Position numbers and translations under genes: made by a program. 64,000 bases of DNA from the human T2T-CHM13v2.0 reference genome, Homo sapiens: assembly GCF_009914755.1 (NCBI RefSeq), contig NC_060932.1; one strand, given 5' to 3'. Position 1 is the stretch's first letter; each line of letters starts with the position of its first letter. The notes beneath the pieces were generated by a model that was not told the DNA's origin, did not search any database, and was given only the letters and a program-made list of their open reading frames with translations. Of the stretch, positions 53,299 through 64,000 are shown piece by piece.

Positions 53299-53742
53299 TG
53301 TGATGGTTAATTTTAGGTGTCAAGTTGATTGGATTAAGGAATTCCTAGAGAACTGGTGAAATATTACTTCTGGGTGTGTCTGTGAGGGTGGTTTCCAGAG
53401 GAGACTGGGGTGAGTCAGGAGACTGGGGTGAGTCAGCAGACTGGGGTGAGTCAGCAGACTGCGTGGGGAAGACAGACCCTCAGTGTGGCCAGCCATCCTT
53501 CAATAGGCTGGGGTCCTGGATAGAACAAAAAAGACAGAAAAAAGACAACTTTTTCTCTCTCTCTCTTTCTCTGTCATACATGTGCTCTTTGTCCTTCTGC
53601 TTTCTACCATGGGATGACACAGCAAGAAGGCTCTCGCCAAGGGCCTCTTGAGCCTCTAGAATTGTAAGAAATATATCTCTGTTCTTTATAAATTACCCAC
53701 TTTCAGGTATTCTGTTACAGCGGCACAAAATGGACTAAGACA
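53299..53742 (+). mobile_element. LTR: MLT2 (ERVL)-like 5' part joined to an MST/MLT1 (MaLR)-like 3' part
   Basis: Begins TGTGATGGTTAATTTTAGGTGTCAAGTTGATTGG (MLT2 start); ends ATAAATTACCCACTTTCAGGTATTCTGTTACAGC...ATGGACTAAGACA (MaLR end). Confidence 0.8.
53401..53460 (+). repeat. 18-bp tandem repeat x3.3, each full unit with TGAGTCA
   Basis: GAGACTGGGGTGAGTCAG (53401), GAGACTGGGGTGAGTCAG (53419), CAGACTGGGGTGAGTCAG (53437), CAGACT. Confidence 0.95.
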
Positions 53743-55368
53743 ATTTCCCTCCTCTATTGTCCAAAATTGTGTTTGAAACACTGATCATCATGCTTATCTC
53801 CTTTTTAAGTTGGTATTTGGACAGTATGGTACGGGCTTTAGATCTACTGGAAGTGTGATTCCTTGCCATAACAGGTAGGAGGACAGTCATCCTCTTGCAT
53901 TTGACAACAGGCCCTACTTTTAGGGATGTCCTGAAGAAACAGGAGAACTTGTTACTGCCAGTAAGAGGCTCAATCATATGAAAACCACCAGTTATCATTT
54001 TGAGGCAATGGATAGCAACCCTATAGAAAAGCCTAAATAATTCCACGCAGCCAATCCATTTTGTTAGTTGCCTGAAGGCTTTACCTATTTTCCTGGTTTG
54101 TCCTGGAGGGCTAGCTGGATGCAATGTTGCTCAAAGTTTTGTTTAATAGAAGCAAGTATTTCATGACTTCTGCCTCCACATTTTCAAGGCTCAGGAGACA
54201 TCATTTATGCATTATAGAGTGTAACTCTGGGGCTTCCATTGTATATCTGATTGAGTACCTGAGAGGCACTAGACTATAAAGCTATGGTGTTGCCCCCATT
54301 AAAGCAGACTACCAGCCAGTCTTATAAGATTATATCATCTTTGTCTTTGTTGTGCCTAAAAACAAGAGCATATTGATCTGCTTTCAGTCAACATCACACT
54401 ATGCCTTCCCTTTAAATACTCATGTTAACTTTGGTTTGAATTTTCTGCCATGCAAGAAAACTGGCATCTGAGAAGACCAATCTAAAGGATACACATAAAA
54501 TATTCATTACTCAAGATTCACTGCCTCTCCTTCAATAACTAAACTAGATCACCAAAGCTAGATTCTTGGAACATAATATTCTGAACATTTATAAAATTGC
54601 CCTTGTAGAACTGAACTATAATCTAAGACAATGCCCTGACTTCCACTGAAGACTTACATATGGGGGAAAAACTATGAATGAAAGATCTCCATTTTTTATG
54701 AGATAAAATGTACTTTGGAGGGAATTGTTTATTATATTGCTCAATGTTCCTGCATAAAGGACTAGTGAATATTCATAATATCTTTGCTCTTTATAAATGC
54801 AATAGAATGGAATGGAAACTCCTTGTTGTAGTTTGATCTCTCATGTACCCAAGTACTTGGGCTTTGCTCTATGAAATATAAAGCTGTTTGTCTTATGAAC
54901 ACTGGGCATTGTCCCCTGATCTGTGGGGATCTTATTTTTTATTTTTCATTTTTCTTGTGTGGAAAGGATGCAGAAATGAGCTGCCATTTTAGATTCTGTG
55001 TAATGAACTGGGAATTTGTAAGGCCTACTTTTGGAAGTAGCTTCATCACATGTGTGAAAAACACATGATCATTGTTGTGTCCAAAGCCTCCTTGAAGACA
55101 GAAATGCTGCTGTAATTTGGATCCATTTTCATGTCAGTAACGGATGCACTTTGAAAGATACTTGGCTCTTATGACCACAAACTATTTGGGATAAACACAA
55201 TGATGATAGATATGACTGTGGTAGAAAAATTAGCTAAATGGATTTATAATCTGTCCCTGGACCTTAATTTTGGATATTGTCTGGATCCGGACTTCTTGCA
55301 TAGATGGATGGAAGCTTATAATTTTAAATCCTAACTTTCTGAGAGTACTTGACTTTTAAAGTCTAGAG

Positions 55369-55593
55369 CAGCACTGTCTCGTAAAATTTTCTAGAACGAT
55401 AGATATGCTCTCTGCCGTGTCTAAAAGGGTAGCTGCTAACCACATATGGCTATAGGCCACTTGTAATGTGGCTAGTACAACTGAGCAATTGAATTTCTAA
55501 ATTTAATTTTAATTGGTTAAATTTAAATGGAAGCAGTCACACATGACTAGAAGTCACTGGATTAGACAGCACAGTATTTTGTACTGGACACTG
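55369..55593. mobile_element. MER3-like hAT-Charlie MITE
   Basis: CAGCACTGTC...GCTAACCACATATGGCTA...CACTTGTAATGTGGCTAGT; 8-bp hAT-type TSD GTCTAGAG / CTCTAGAG. Confidence 0.8.
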
Positions 55594-58379
55594 CTCTAGA
55601 GTACATACAGTATTTGTAAAGTTACCAGGGTGCTAAGACTGGAGAGTTAAATTTTATTCCATCATAATCTTTAGAATATGGAAGAAACCATATAATGCAC
55701 AAATGTGAATTCCTTATGATGACAAGCACATTGAAAGTAAGGAGCAGGTCCCATTAATCTTCACGTCCTTCATAGCATCGGTACAGTGTTTTACATGCAA
55801 TGGATCATTATACATTTCTGCTCTGGTATTCTACAGCAGTGGGCAGAGGCTTAGACTTATGAGGCAAAGAAAATTTGAAACAAACATAGAAATTGTATGA
55901 AAATCATAGCAACTAAAACATGGCTGAGCTGAGGCCCTAAATGTCGCCCTGATTACCCACGCACTGATTTCACCATCAGTTAAAGCACTAACGAATACAT
56001 AAGTGCACAAATACCTAAATAAATATTATTTATAAATAAATATTACACATAAGCTTTACACAGATACACGTGCTTCATGTAACTTACTCGTAAGACATAG
56101 ATTTATTTCTCAAATCCCTAGAGGTGCCTGAAGGCTTCTGGTAATTCACCCCTGTCATGTCTTATTGGTTAATTATAGAGATGTATTTAACTTATTTATC
56201 ACAAGAAAACAATAATCTTTCACTTTAAAAAAGCATGTGCTAATGGTGTTGCTTAGATAACAGTATTTCTTAAGAAGCCAGAGCACAGGAGTTAAGACTA
56301 TCAAAGAAAGAGAATCACTGATATTGAAATGTCCCTGGAGAAGTTAGAAACGTCTATAAGCATATTTAAAATAAACTGCCGCGGTCCCAAAGCCTTTAAT
56401 GGAGCTGGGAGAGCTGTTTAATGCACACTATCTTGCAGTAATCGCTGTAGTTTAAAATAGATTTTAATCAAGCACCATCTGCATAATAGGCTGAACAAAC
56501 AACATAGAACTCCACTTATAACTCTTATCATATAAAGTAAATATTATAAACTCCTCTCCATAGAAACAGGGCATATAACAGCACTTTTTGTGATGTTTCA
56601 GTGAGTGAAAATTTTGCTACTTAAATTCATTCTCTCTTTTCTAAACTATGCCATCTAAAATCCCCTTATGAGAATAAATTCAAATAAGCATGGAAAGTAA
56701 GTCATCTAGTTACTGTGAAATCAGCAAGGCTGTAATACTTCTTTCATTTTACAATTGGGTTTATTATTATCTTTAATAACGATACACTCTATGACTCAAA
56801 ACATCAATTATAGAAAAATGCATATGAAGTGCTATACTTTTGAAATGATTCACAAGTGTGGGGCATTGTATCAGTGTCATAGTTTGTAAAGCAATTTCAT
56901 TTTTAAGGATCTTTGATTCTGCCAAACATAGCTGAGTATGATTTTTGAATGAGTTTAGCAAAGGCACTCAGCGGCCTTATGTGAAATAGGAAGTCTGGGC
57001 TAATGTCCAGAAAAATCACTTTAAAGTGATTTTTTAAAGAGAAAAAAGGTTGGTTGTTATTTTATACACCTACTGGTTAAATTTATCAATTTTAGGAGAT
57101 CCACTTGATCTTTTCTAAATTCACTGATGTAGGGAAATATGTTTACTTCTTATTCTTTTGGATTGAGGGCTTTTACAGGCTTACAAAGAAGGCAAGCTGT
57201 TGAGGTGGGGACCCGCTGAATAAAATGCTAGGCGGCTATGTTAAGTCTCATTCTGTTTTTATTCCATGAATTAATTAAGTATGCTCAGTCATCTAGGGTA
57301 TGTCTATATCCTGGCATAATTATTTACTTGAATAAATTTTAGGAAAGATGATTTGGAACCAGGTACTAAATGGCTGACTAAATTTTATCATTTTCTCCTG
57401 AACTAGTTTATTAGGCTCAGCCTTAACGAATAGAATACTTTTTTTTTAAAATAAATAAGGGTCATACATTAGTTTAATTGCTGTGATCTAATACATACTT
57501 TAAAAGTATCATACACATTATACTATATAAAGTGAACAGTTACAATATAAGTACAGTTCAATGATGACAATACCAGACTTCCAAGTCCCAGTTTTAAGTA
57601 TTCTGTCCCATTGCTAGTTAGATAAAGTAACCTGACATTTGGTTCTAACACTGTTTGATTTCACTTAATATTTGTAGAAACCTGTCTGTTTCTCATTTCT
57701 ACTTTATTCCAGGAGTCTTCTTGTCTTCAGAGCAGTGGTAAATAAAAACTCCTACTCTAAAGGCTTATTTAATTGCTGCTCTAGTGATTTATCCTATTTG
57801 CTTTGAGAAAAAAACCTCCTGCTTCTGTCTAGTGTGGCAGAGCACATGCATTGATGAACTAGCAAATTAGTAACAAACTCTTAAAGGCAAAAACGAAGTG
57901 AACTCAGAGACGACGCGTGTATTAAAGGCAGCTTTCATACTGAAGATATTGTTGAACCTCGTGTGAATTTGAGTTAAGAGTGCAATAGACAGAAGACAAA
58001 CCCCATGCCTTACCAAAAGCAAGATGTGTAATGGGAGTGGTCCTGTTAAATCAAGACGTAAAAGATTAGACTGTCAGTGCAAGGGTGAAGTAACATTCCC
58101 TTGTATGTGACCTCCCAGAACATGCAAGAATGGCTGCTCTGGAACCTTGTTACAAATGCAGAGTGGAACAAAATCTCTTGTGTTCATTCACAAACAAAAG
58201 CCAGCATTTGCAAGATTTGTAGCCTGAACATACTCTATGTGGGTGGTCTGAAAAATTCAGGCCAAGTGTGGTTCTTGATTCTAATGGTTCAAAATATGTG
58301 GCAGAAACAAATATAAATCATCCCCAGAGAAATCCACCTTTAAACAAGCTCTAAAAGAATTCTTACAAAGTTTTCATAA

Positions 58380-59770
58380 ATATTAATTCTCATTTCAAAA
58401 GTACAAAAAGCAAAATGAAACAAGCTATTAAAACCAACATATTCTGACTTCAAAATACTTCATGTATTGAAATTAGCAAAAGAGGGTATAAAACAAATAT
58501 GTTGAACATGCTTACAAGAATAAAAGAGATTAAATACATGGGTAAAGAGCAAGCAACTAAAGAAAGAAGTCCAAACTCATTTGAGAAGGAACCAAATGAA
58601 ACCAAAAATATAAAATATTTGAGATTAAAATTGCAATAGACCATTTCAGATTAGGTATAGCTGAAAAGAGAATTACGAGCTGGAAAATAAGTTAAATCAG
58701 AATGTAATACATAGGGGCAAGGAAGTAGAAAATATGAAAAAGAGTCATGGAAAGGAGAAAGTCTAATATTCATCCCCTGAGAATAACAGCATGAGAAGGG
58801 AGCAAGAATGGGATAGAGGCAGTATCTGAAAAAAATAAGGAATGAAAATTTCCCCAAAATGCTGATAGACAGAAATGATTACAATCGGAATGCATGCAAA
58901 GAAACCCACACATATCACCATGAAGCTGCAGGACACCAAAGACAAGAGAAGATCTCAAAAGCAGTCAGAGAGTAAAGTCAGGTTACTTTCAAAGGAAAGA
59001 CAGTCAGGCAGTAAATTCTCAAAAGCAATAGTGAAAACAAGGATTCAGTGAAATAATATAATATCTTCAAAACGCTGAAAGAAAATAACTGCCAATCTAG
59101 AATTCTATACCTAGCAAATGTGTTTTTTAAGGTAAGCATGTTCCCTGCAGACCTTCATGAAAGAACATTTTAAAGGCATAAAGAAAAAGATGTCAGGTGA
59201 AAGAAATATATATGTGAATAAATCCAAAGGAAAAATAACTTCATAAAATAATTAAAATAGTGTTTCATGAGGTTTATTCAGTTACAGAATTCAATTAAAC
59301 TATAATTAGAATGAACAACAATAACAGCTCCCAATATAAATTGAACGGAAGGTGTATGTAGTTAAAGTAATCTAAGAAAAAAGGTAAAGATATTGGTAAA
59401 TTTTAGACCTCTATATAGCTGTATTCCAGGGACAGCTACTGAAAGAAGAGAAAGAATATAAAATCTCTAATCTCAAAATGGGAAATTATGTAATGAGAAA
59501 AATAAGAGCAATCTTAAAGAAGATGAGGAAAAAAAAGAAACATAAAATATTTGTGGCATAAACAGAAAGTAACATACTTAGAAAAACAAGCCTATTTTCA
59601 TATTTATAGTAAGGTAAATGCAGTAAAGATTTCATTTTAAAGTAAAAGCTCATTTAACTACACGAAATTTATAAGAGACACTCAGATAAAACATGGATAT
59701 TTTCAACAGAAAAGCAGAAAGTAAAAGGATAGAAAAATATATAATGTGATTCTTACCCACAATTTCCTTA
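58380..59770 (+). mobile_element. Ancient L1M/HAL1-like ORF1-region fragment, approximate
   Basis: GAAAATTTCCCCAAA...ACCAAAGACAAGAGAAGATCTCAAAAGCAGTCAGAGAG...ATATCTTCAAAACGCTGAAAGAAAATAACTGCCAATCTAGAATTCTATACCTAGCAAA resembles the L1 ORF1 C-terminal coding region. Confidence 0.75.
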
Positions 59771-61399
59771 AAGAGAAAACTGTGCCAAAAATGTGATTGT
59801 AATGTCAGATACTTTATGTGTCTTAAAGTATCTCTTATATTACAAATACGGGATTACAGGCTTAGAACCACAAGCTGCCTAAGTTTGTATTTCTTTGATG
59901 CTTTACTGTGTCTCATTATGACTTAAGGCTGTCAACACAGTTTCCTAGCAATCAAAATCGCGGGTAGTGTTTATAAGGTGATAATTTATTTTACTGATGT
60001 ATTTACAATATTCCTGTCTGTCAAAACAGACTTATTTCATTTAATTGTTCAATTAGATGAGCTGGAATCAATATATAATTGCTTAAAGACAGCACAAAGT
60101 GTTAAGAGGAAAGCTTTAAAAGCTTTTTCTGGTGTGGAACTAAATATTCTTGTTTAGTTCACTTGTTAGAAATGATTTAAATGATCTTTTTGACTTAATG
60201 CTATTTCACATTTAACTGGAGCTGTTGCACTACAACATTCCACATAAATCCTACTCACATATAAAGGAAAAAATCCAGTTTAATCCTTAACTGTAATGAA
60301 GAATGCTTTAACATTTTCATCAGAGGATTTTTCTAGCTTAAATAAATATAATAATATAACTCAAATAAATGAGTAGGAGGATTTGAATTGGAGACAAGGT
60401 GAAAAACAGTGCATAGAATTGGAATGAAGGGTTACTTTTCTTGAGATGGAAAATACACTTAAACTTAACATGAATTCGTATGAATGTTTGTGCAGATAAA
60501 AAAGTCATTTTAATGGGTGCAGTCTTAGAAATCAATCCCTAAACTTTCCTGCATTGATAATTCAATAATCTATCACTATAGAATATGAGTTTTACTATGC
60601 AATGCTTACACAGTCCACTAAAATGAAGCGTTATAAATTATTTCAAGATGTGGATATTGAATGATTGAATAGGATACCCACTGGCAAAGTTTCATATCAG
60701 CATGGAGACATGTAAATTCATGCTTTAGCAAAATTACAAAATATGGACCTAACAGGTTAATAGCAAATGGCAGAACCCATGAATGTTAATTCTATGAATT
60801 TCAGATTTCTACCTACTCTTCTACTCATATAAGTGGAAGACTGTGAAAAATGTTATTGTAATTAGGAATAATCCGGTATACAATTTACTGTCAGAGGATG
60901 CTACTAATTTTGCATTTAATTTCCTGAAATGTCAGGAATGAATACTGATAAAGACACAATCCAGATACAAAAATTGATCTTTACTATGAGCAGAACATTA
61001 ATTTTTTTCGCCTTACAATATAGTACATATCATCTGTGTTTAGCAAATTGACTTGAATTATTCATGCATAATCAAAATCTAAATCACTGTCCACAAACAA
61101 ATTATTAGTGTTCACATTTGGGTTCAGGTACTCATTGGCCATTAGGTGTAATCTAACAGCCAATGAGTACCTGGAGCCATTGGAATAACCTGTATTTTCT
61201 GAAGAAAATTATTGCCCTGGAAATGGTCAGCTAAAGGCAAGGCTTTCAGCAACCCAGTCAATTATTTATGAATATCAATTAGTTTCTTCCTGCCTTTTCA
61301 CCTAACTCATGAGAGGCTGACTCACTGACAACAGGGAGAGACAGTAAGGATGGAGGGATTGGCTTGGGCAGTGTTAGATTCTGCAGCTGTTCTAAAACG

Positions 61400-61900
61400 T
61401 ACTTGGGATTTGTTTCAGTCAGGTATGGTAAGACAGAAAACATGGAAATGATGATTGTGAGGAAGAAGTTTCCATTCATAGATCCCTGGAAAGAGAAGGC
61501 ACAGCAGAGCCCACAGGGCCACCTAGGGAAGTACCCAGGTTGGCCAGGAGACAGAAAGAGGGAGAAGACAGAGCATGCCCAGAGCCTTTACTGGGGATTT
61601 TGTGGGCAGGAATAGGCAAGGCAGGCTGGCATGCTGAGTAAGCCTAGGACTGGATAGTTTGAATAACTTTGGCAGGCTATGGGCTGTAAGGAGTGATCCC
61701 TAGTTGTCTGACACTTAGCCTAGGGGCGATGTAGGGTAGAGGGAATACTGGCTTCATATGTGAGAGTTTTTAAAGGAGATGTTTTGGGGTGCAGCTGTGA
61801 ATTGTTGGCTTGTTTATAGAAAGGGGGCTAGCAGAGTGTCGTCTGCAATCTCTAAAAATTAGCTAGCCCTGAATTTCCAGGATTAAGGCTCCAAATGCCA
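61400..61900. mobile_element. Probable old ERVL-type LTR fragment, family uncertain
   Basis: Abrupt GC- and purine-rich block (CCCAGAGCCTTTACTGGGG...GGACTGGATAGTTTGAATAACTTTGGCAGGCT) resembling old LTRs; recognised by eye only. Confidence 0.4.
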
Positions 61901-62355
61901 GAACATCAAGAATACAAACAATAGGAAAATATAGTCAATGCAGCAATCTTATCTTTGTCATCAGGCTAAATAAATCGATGAATCACTATCTGGACTGAAA
62001 AAATTTAGCGAAGCTACTAGAAAGTTAACCATGTATATCAGGATTGCACAGCGCTGCTTTTGGTAGCATGTTTACAGTTTAATTTTCCAAAAACAAAATT
62101 CTCACAATGGTAAAAAGAAGAAAAGGTGGCTGACATAAAACCCATCTTCCTATTCAGATAACTTAAAAGAATGGCTCTGCTGGTGACAGACACACAAATA
62201 AACAACTATATTGGTAAGGCGTTAACAAAAGGTATGCAATGAATCACCCAGGAAAGGAGTCATCTAATATCCCTGGCACTTACTTTCCACGTCCTCAATA
62301 TGAAATGGTTGGGTCAGGTGGCCACAAAGGTTTCATGTAACATCATCACCATACA

Positions 62356-62364
62356 TCTCCTCTC

Positions 62365-62424
<60 letters not shown>

Positions 62425-62426
62425 AC
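62356..62426. repeat. Compound (TC)n(AC)13 microsatellite
   Basis: Direct reading; (AC)13 at 62401-62426. Confidence 0.97.
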
Positions 62427-62737
62427 GACCTTCATTGTACCCCAGTATACTGCCTTCTTAAAATGGTACATTGAATATACAGGCCCAACCTTCTGTGGGC
62501 ACAAACAACTTTTACGCTTAACACATCTATATTTAAAGGATTTCTCAGGGGCTTTAAAGTGTAATTGGACAAGCAGGTGGTTTAATCCAGTATGTTTGTA
62601 ACCTCATGCTTCATTAACAAAGCAGGTGTCTCCCTCCAATGTTTCTCGCATGGATGATATAAACTTGTACCCAGCACAGGTCAAAGAAGGTGCCTAAGAA
62701 TAGTCTCCCATAGGTCCTAAAAATAACTTATTCATAC

Positions 62738-63019
62738 CTTAGAGGTATCATCGCCTTCATCTTCATGCACTGAACTGGATGGTGAAGGAGTTGCAGACTT
62801 GCTTCCAGGTGGAGATGGTGAGTTGTGGGGAACATTGCTTCCTCCCATATTCAAACCAAGTTGAGCACTTAGCTGTGACTGGTTAATGGTAGTCAGCTGG
62901 CCATGTGGCATCATTCCTGGCTGCTGCCTGATGTCTGCAGGCTGGCCCCTTGGTCTCATGGCTGCCATCTGAGGATGGGAACTGTACTGAGTTCCTTCTG
63001 GGTTTCGTATATCTGGCAT
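62738..63019 (-). CDS. TOX: TOX exon 4 (282 nt): [17 protein letters not shown]...[16 protein letters not shown]...[28 protein letters not shown]
   Basis: Acceptor TTGTAG|ATG and donor AAG|GTATGA; TOX-family motifs [11 protein letters not shown] and [17 protein letters not shown]; phase 0 into exon 5. Confidence 0.97.
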
Positions 63020-63023
63020 CTAC

Positions 63024-63025
63024 AA

Positions 63026-63056
<31 letters not shown>

Positions 63057-63058
63057 AT
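63024..63058. repeat. (AAAT)8 microsatellite abutting the exon 4 splice acceptor
   Basis: Minus strand: CT(ATTT)8ATTGTAG|ATG. Confidence 0.97.
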
Positions 63059-64000
63059 AGGAAAGGAGTAATTTTAACAAATATGTTTTGGGCAAAAAAG
63101 TAATAATTCTTTAGATTTCCAGATGTTCTGCTGAGTTACATACACATTTATTTTATCTGGGGTAAAATAATCCTAAAAGTATATATCACCATAAAGGATA
63201 GCATAAGACTACCAAAAGACTGGAATTTGAGAATCCAGTTAGCATCATACTTCATTACTCAAGATGTGATTAATTATATTTACAGTCTTTCTACACTAGT
63301 GAAATATAGAAATATATTATTTATATATGTATTTGTATATTACAGCATGATCATATTTATATAACGTAAGTTTCAAGATGTTGATGCTCATTAGAGTGTC
63401 TGTCAAAATTATTCAATTATTAGTGATTACAATATTCACAAAAATTCATTAAACCCTGTTTGTTTTATCTTCATCATTTAAGAAAGGCTTTGGGAGTTAA
63501 TAAGTATACTCTTGTACTCAGTTTAAAGCTTTACAGGGTATTACTAGCCAAAATGATCTCCTAACTACCAGACTCAAAACACTGATAGGCTGGTATTAAC
63601 CAATTATTAATTGACTATTGAAATGACTGCACAGTCAGACTTGAAAGTAAAGCTCTAAAATTGCAAGGTCAACATATTAATCCATTATGCTATCTGAGTC
63701 ACTGGTTTTTAGCCTTAATGAGACTCACTCTTGTAATTCAAGCAATGAATTTTGTCTCTGCAAGGATTAGAATTAAAAGCATTGGAGGATGAAGCTTTTA
63801 AGGTATCTAGAGGTCAAATGTATTGTATAAGAGGAGTATGGAGAATTTCACTTAACATTTCTCTGGCATTTTCAAACTTAAAATAATGGAGAATATTTCA
63901 TGGTGCTTATTGGAGCAGCTCAGTTTTTTCATCCTGAGGGGAGCTGAGGAATTCAGGCAGGTAGAGGGCACACAAAACAAGAGAGAAAAACAAGAAAACT

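Noticed and set aside
53401-53460. CRISPR-like regular repeats
   Set aside because: Eukaryotic DNA, no spacers and no cas genes; it is a head-to-tail minisatellite.

Overview
Primate (very likely human) genomic DNA, AT-rich and rich in repeats. The main feature is the 3' part of TOX (thymocyte selection-associated HMG box, human 8q12) on the minus strand. Six coding exons lie at 62738-63019, 49295-49525, 38036-38116, 26552-26938, 19332-19483 and 18961-18997, each with canonical splice sites. They splice into 1170 nt (389 aa plus stop), including the basic NLS, the HMG box and the C-terminus ...DYCSSGGMQRDKALYLT. A ~2.3 kb 3'UTR ends at tandem AATAAA signals near 16650. The promoter and first exons lie beyond the right edge; exon numbers 4-9 come from my recollection of the gene structure. 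Positions 1 to ~16600 are downstream intergenic DNA. Other features are a full-length U4 snRNA retrocopy in intron 7, six Alus, L1/L2/MIR fragments, DNA transposons (Tigger2a/MER28, MADE2, MARNA-like, MER3, MER5) and LTR fragments. Subfamily names are recognised by eye, not by RepeatMasker. I see no demonstrably new biological system. The best leads are regulatory: a triple AP-1/BACH-NFE2 array made by tandem duplication inside an intronic LTR, a consensus CTCF core in a CpG patch in the last intron, a 21-bp TOX-sense RNA hairpin in intron 4, and an exon 4 flanked by microsatellites, one of which forms its polypyrimidine tract.
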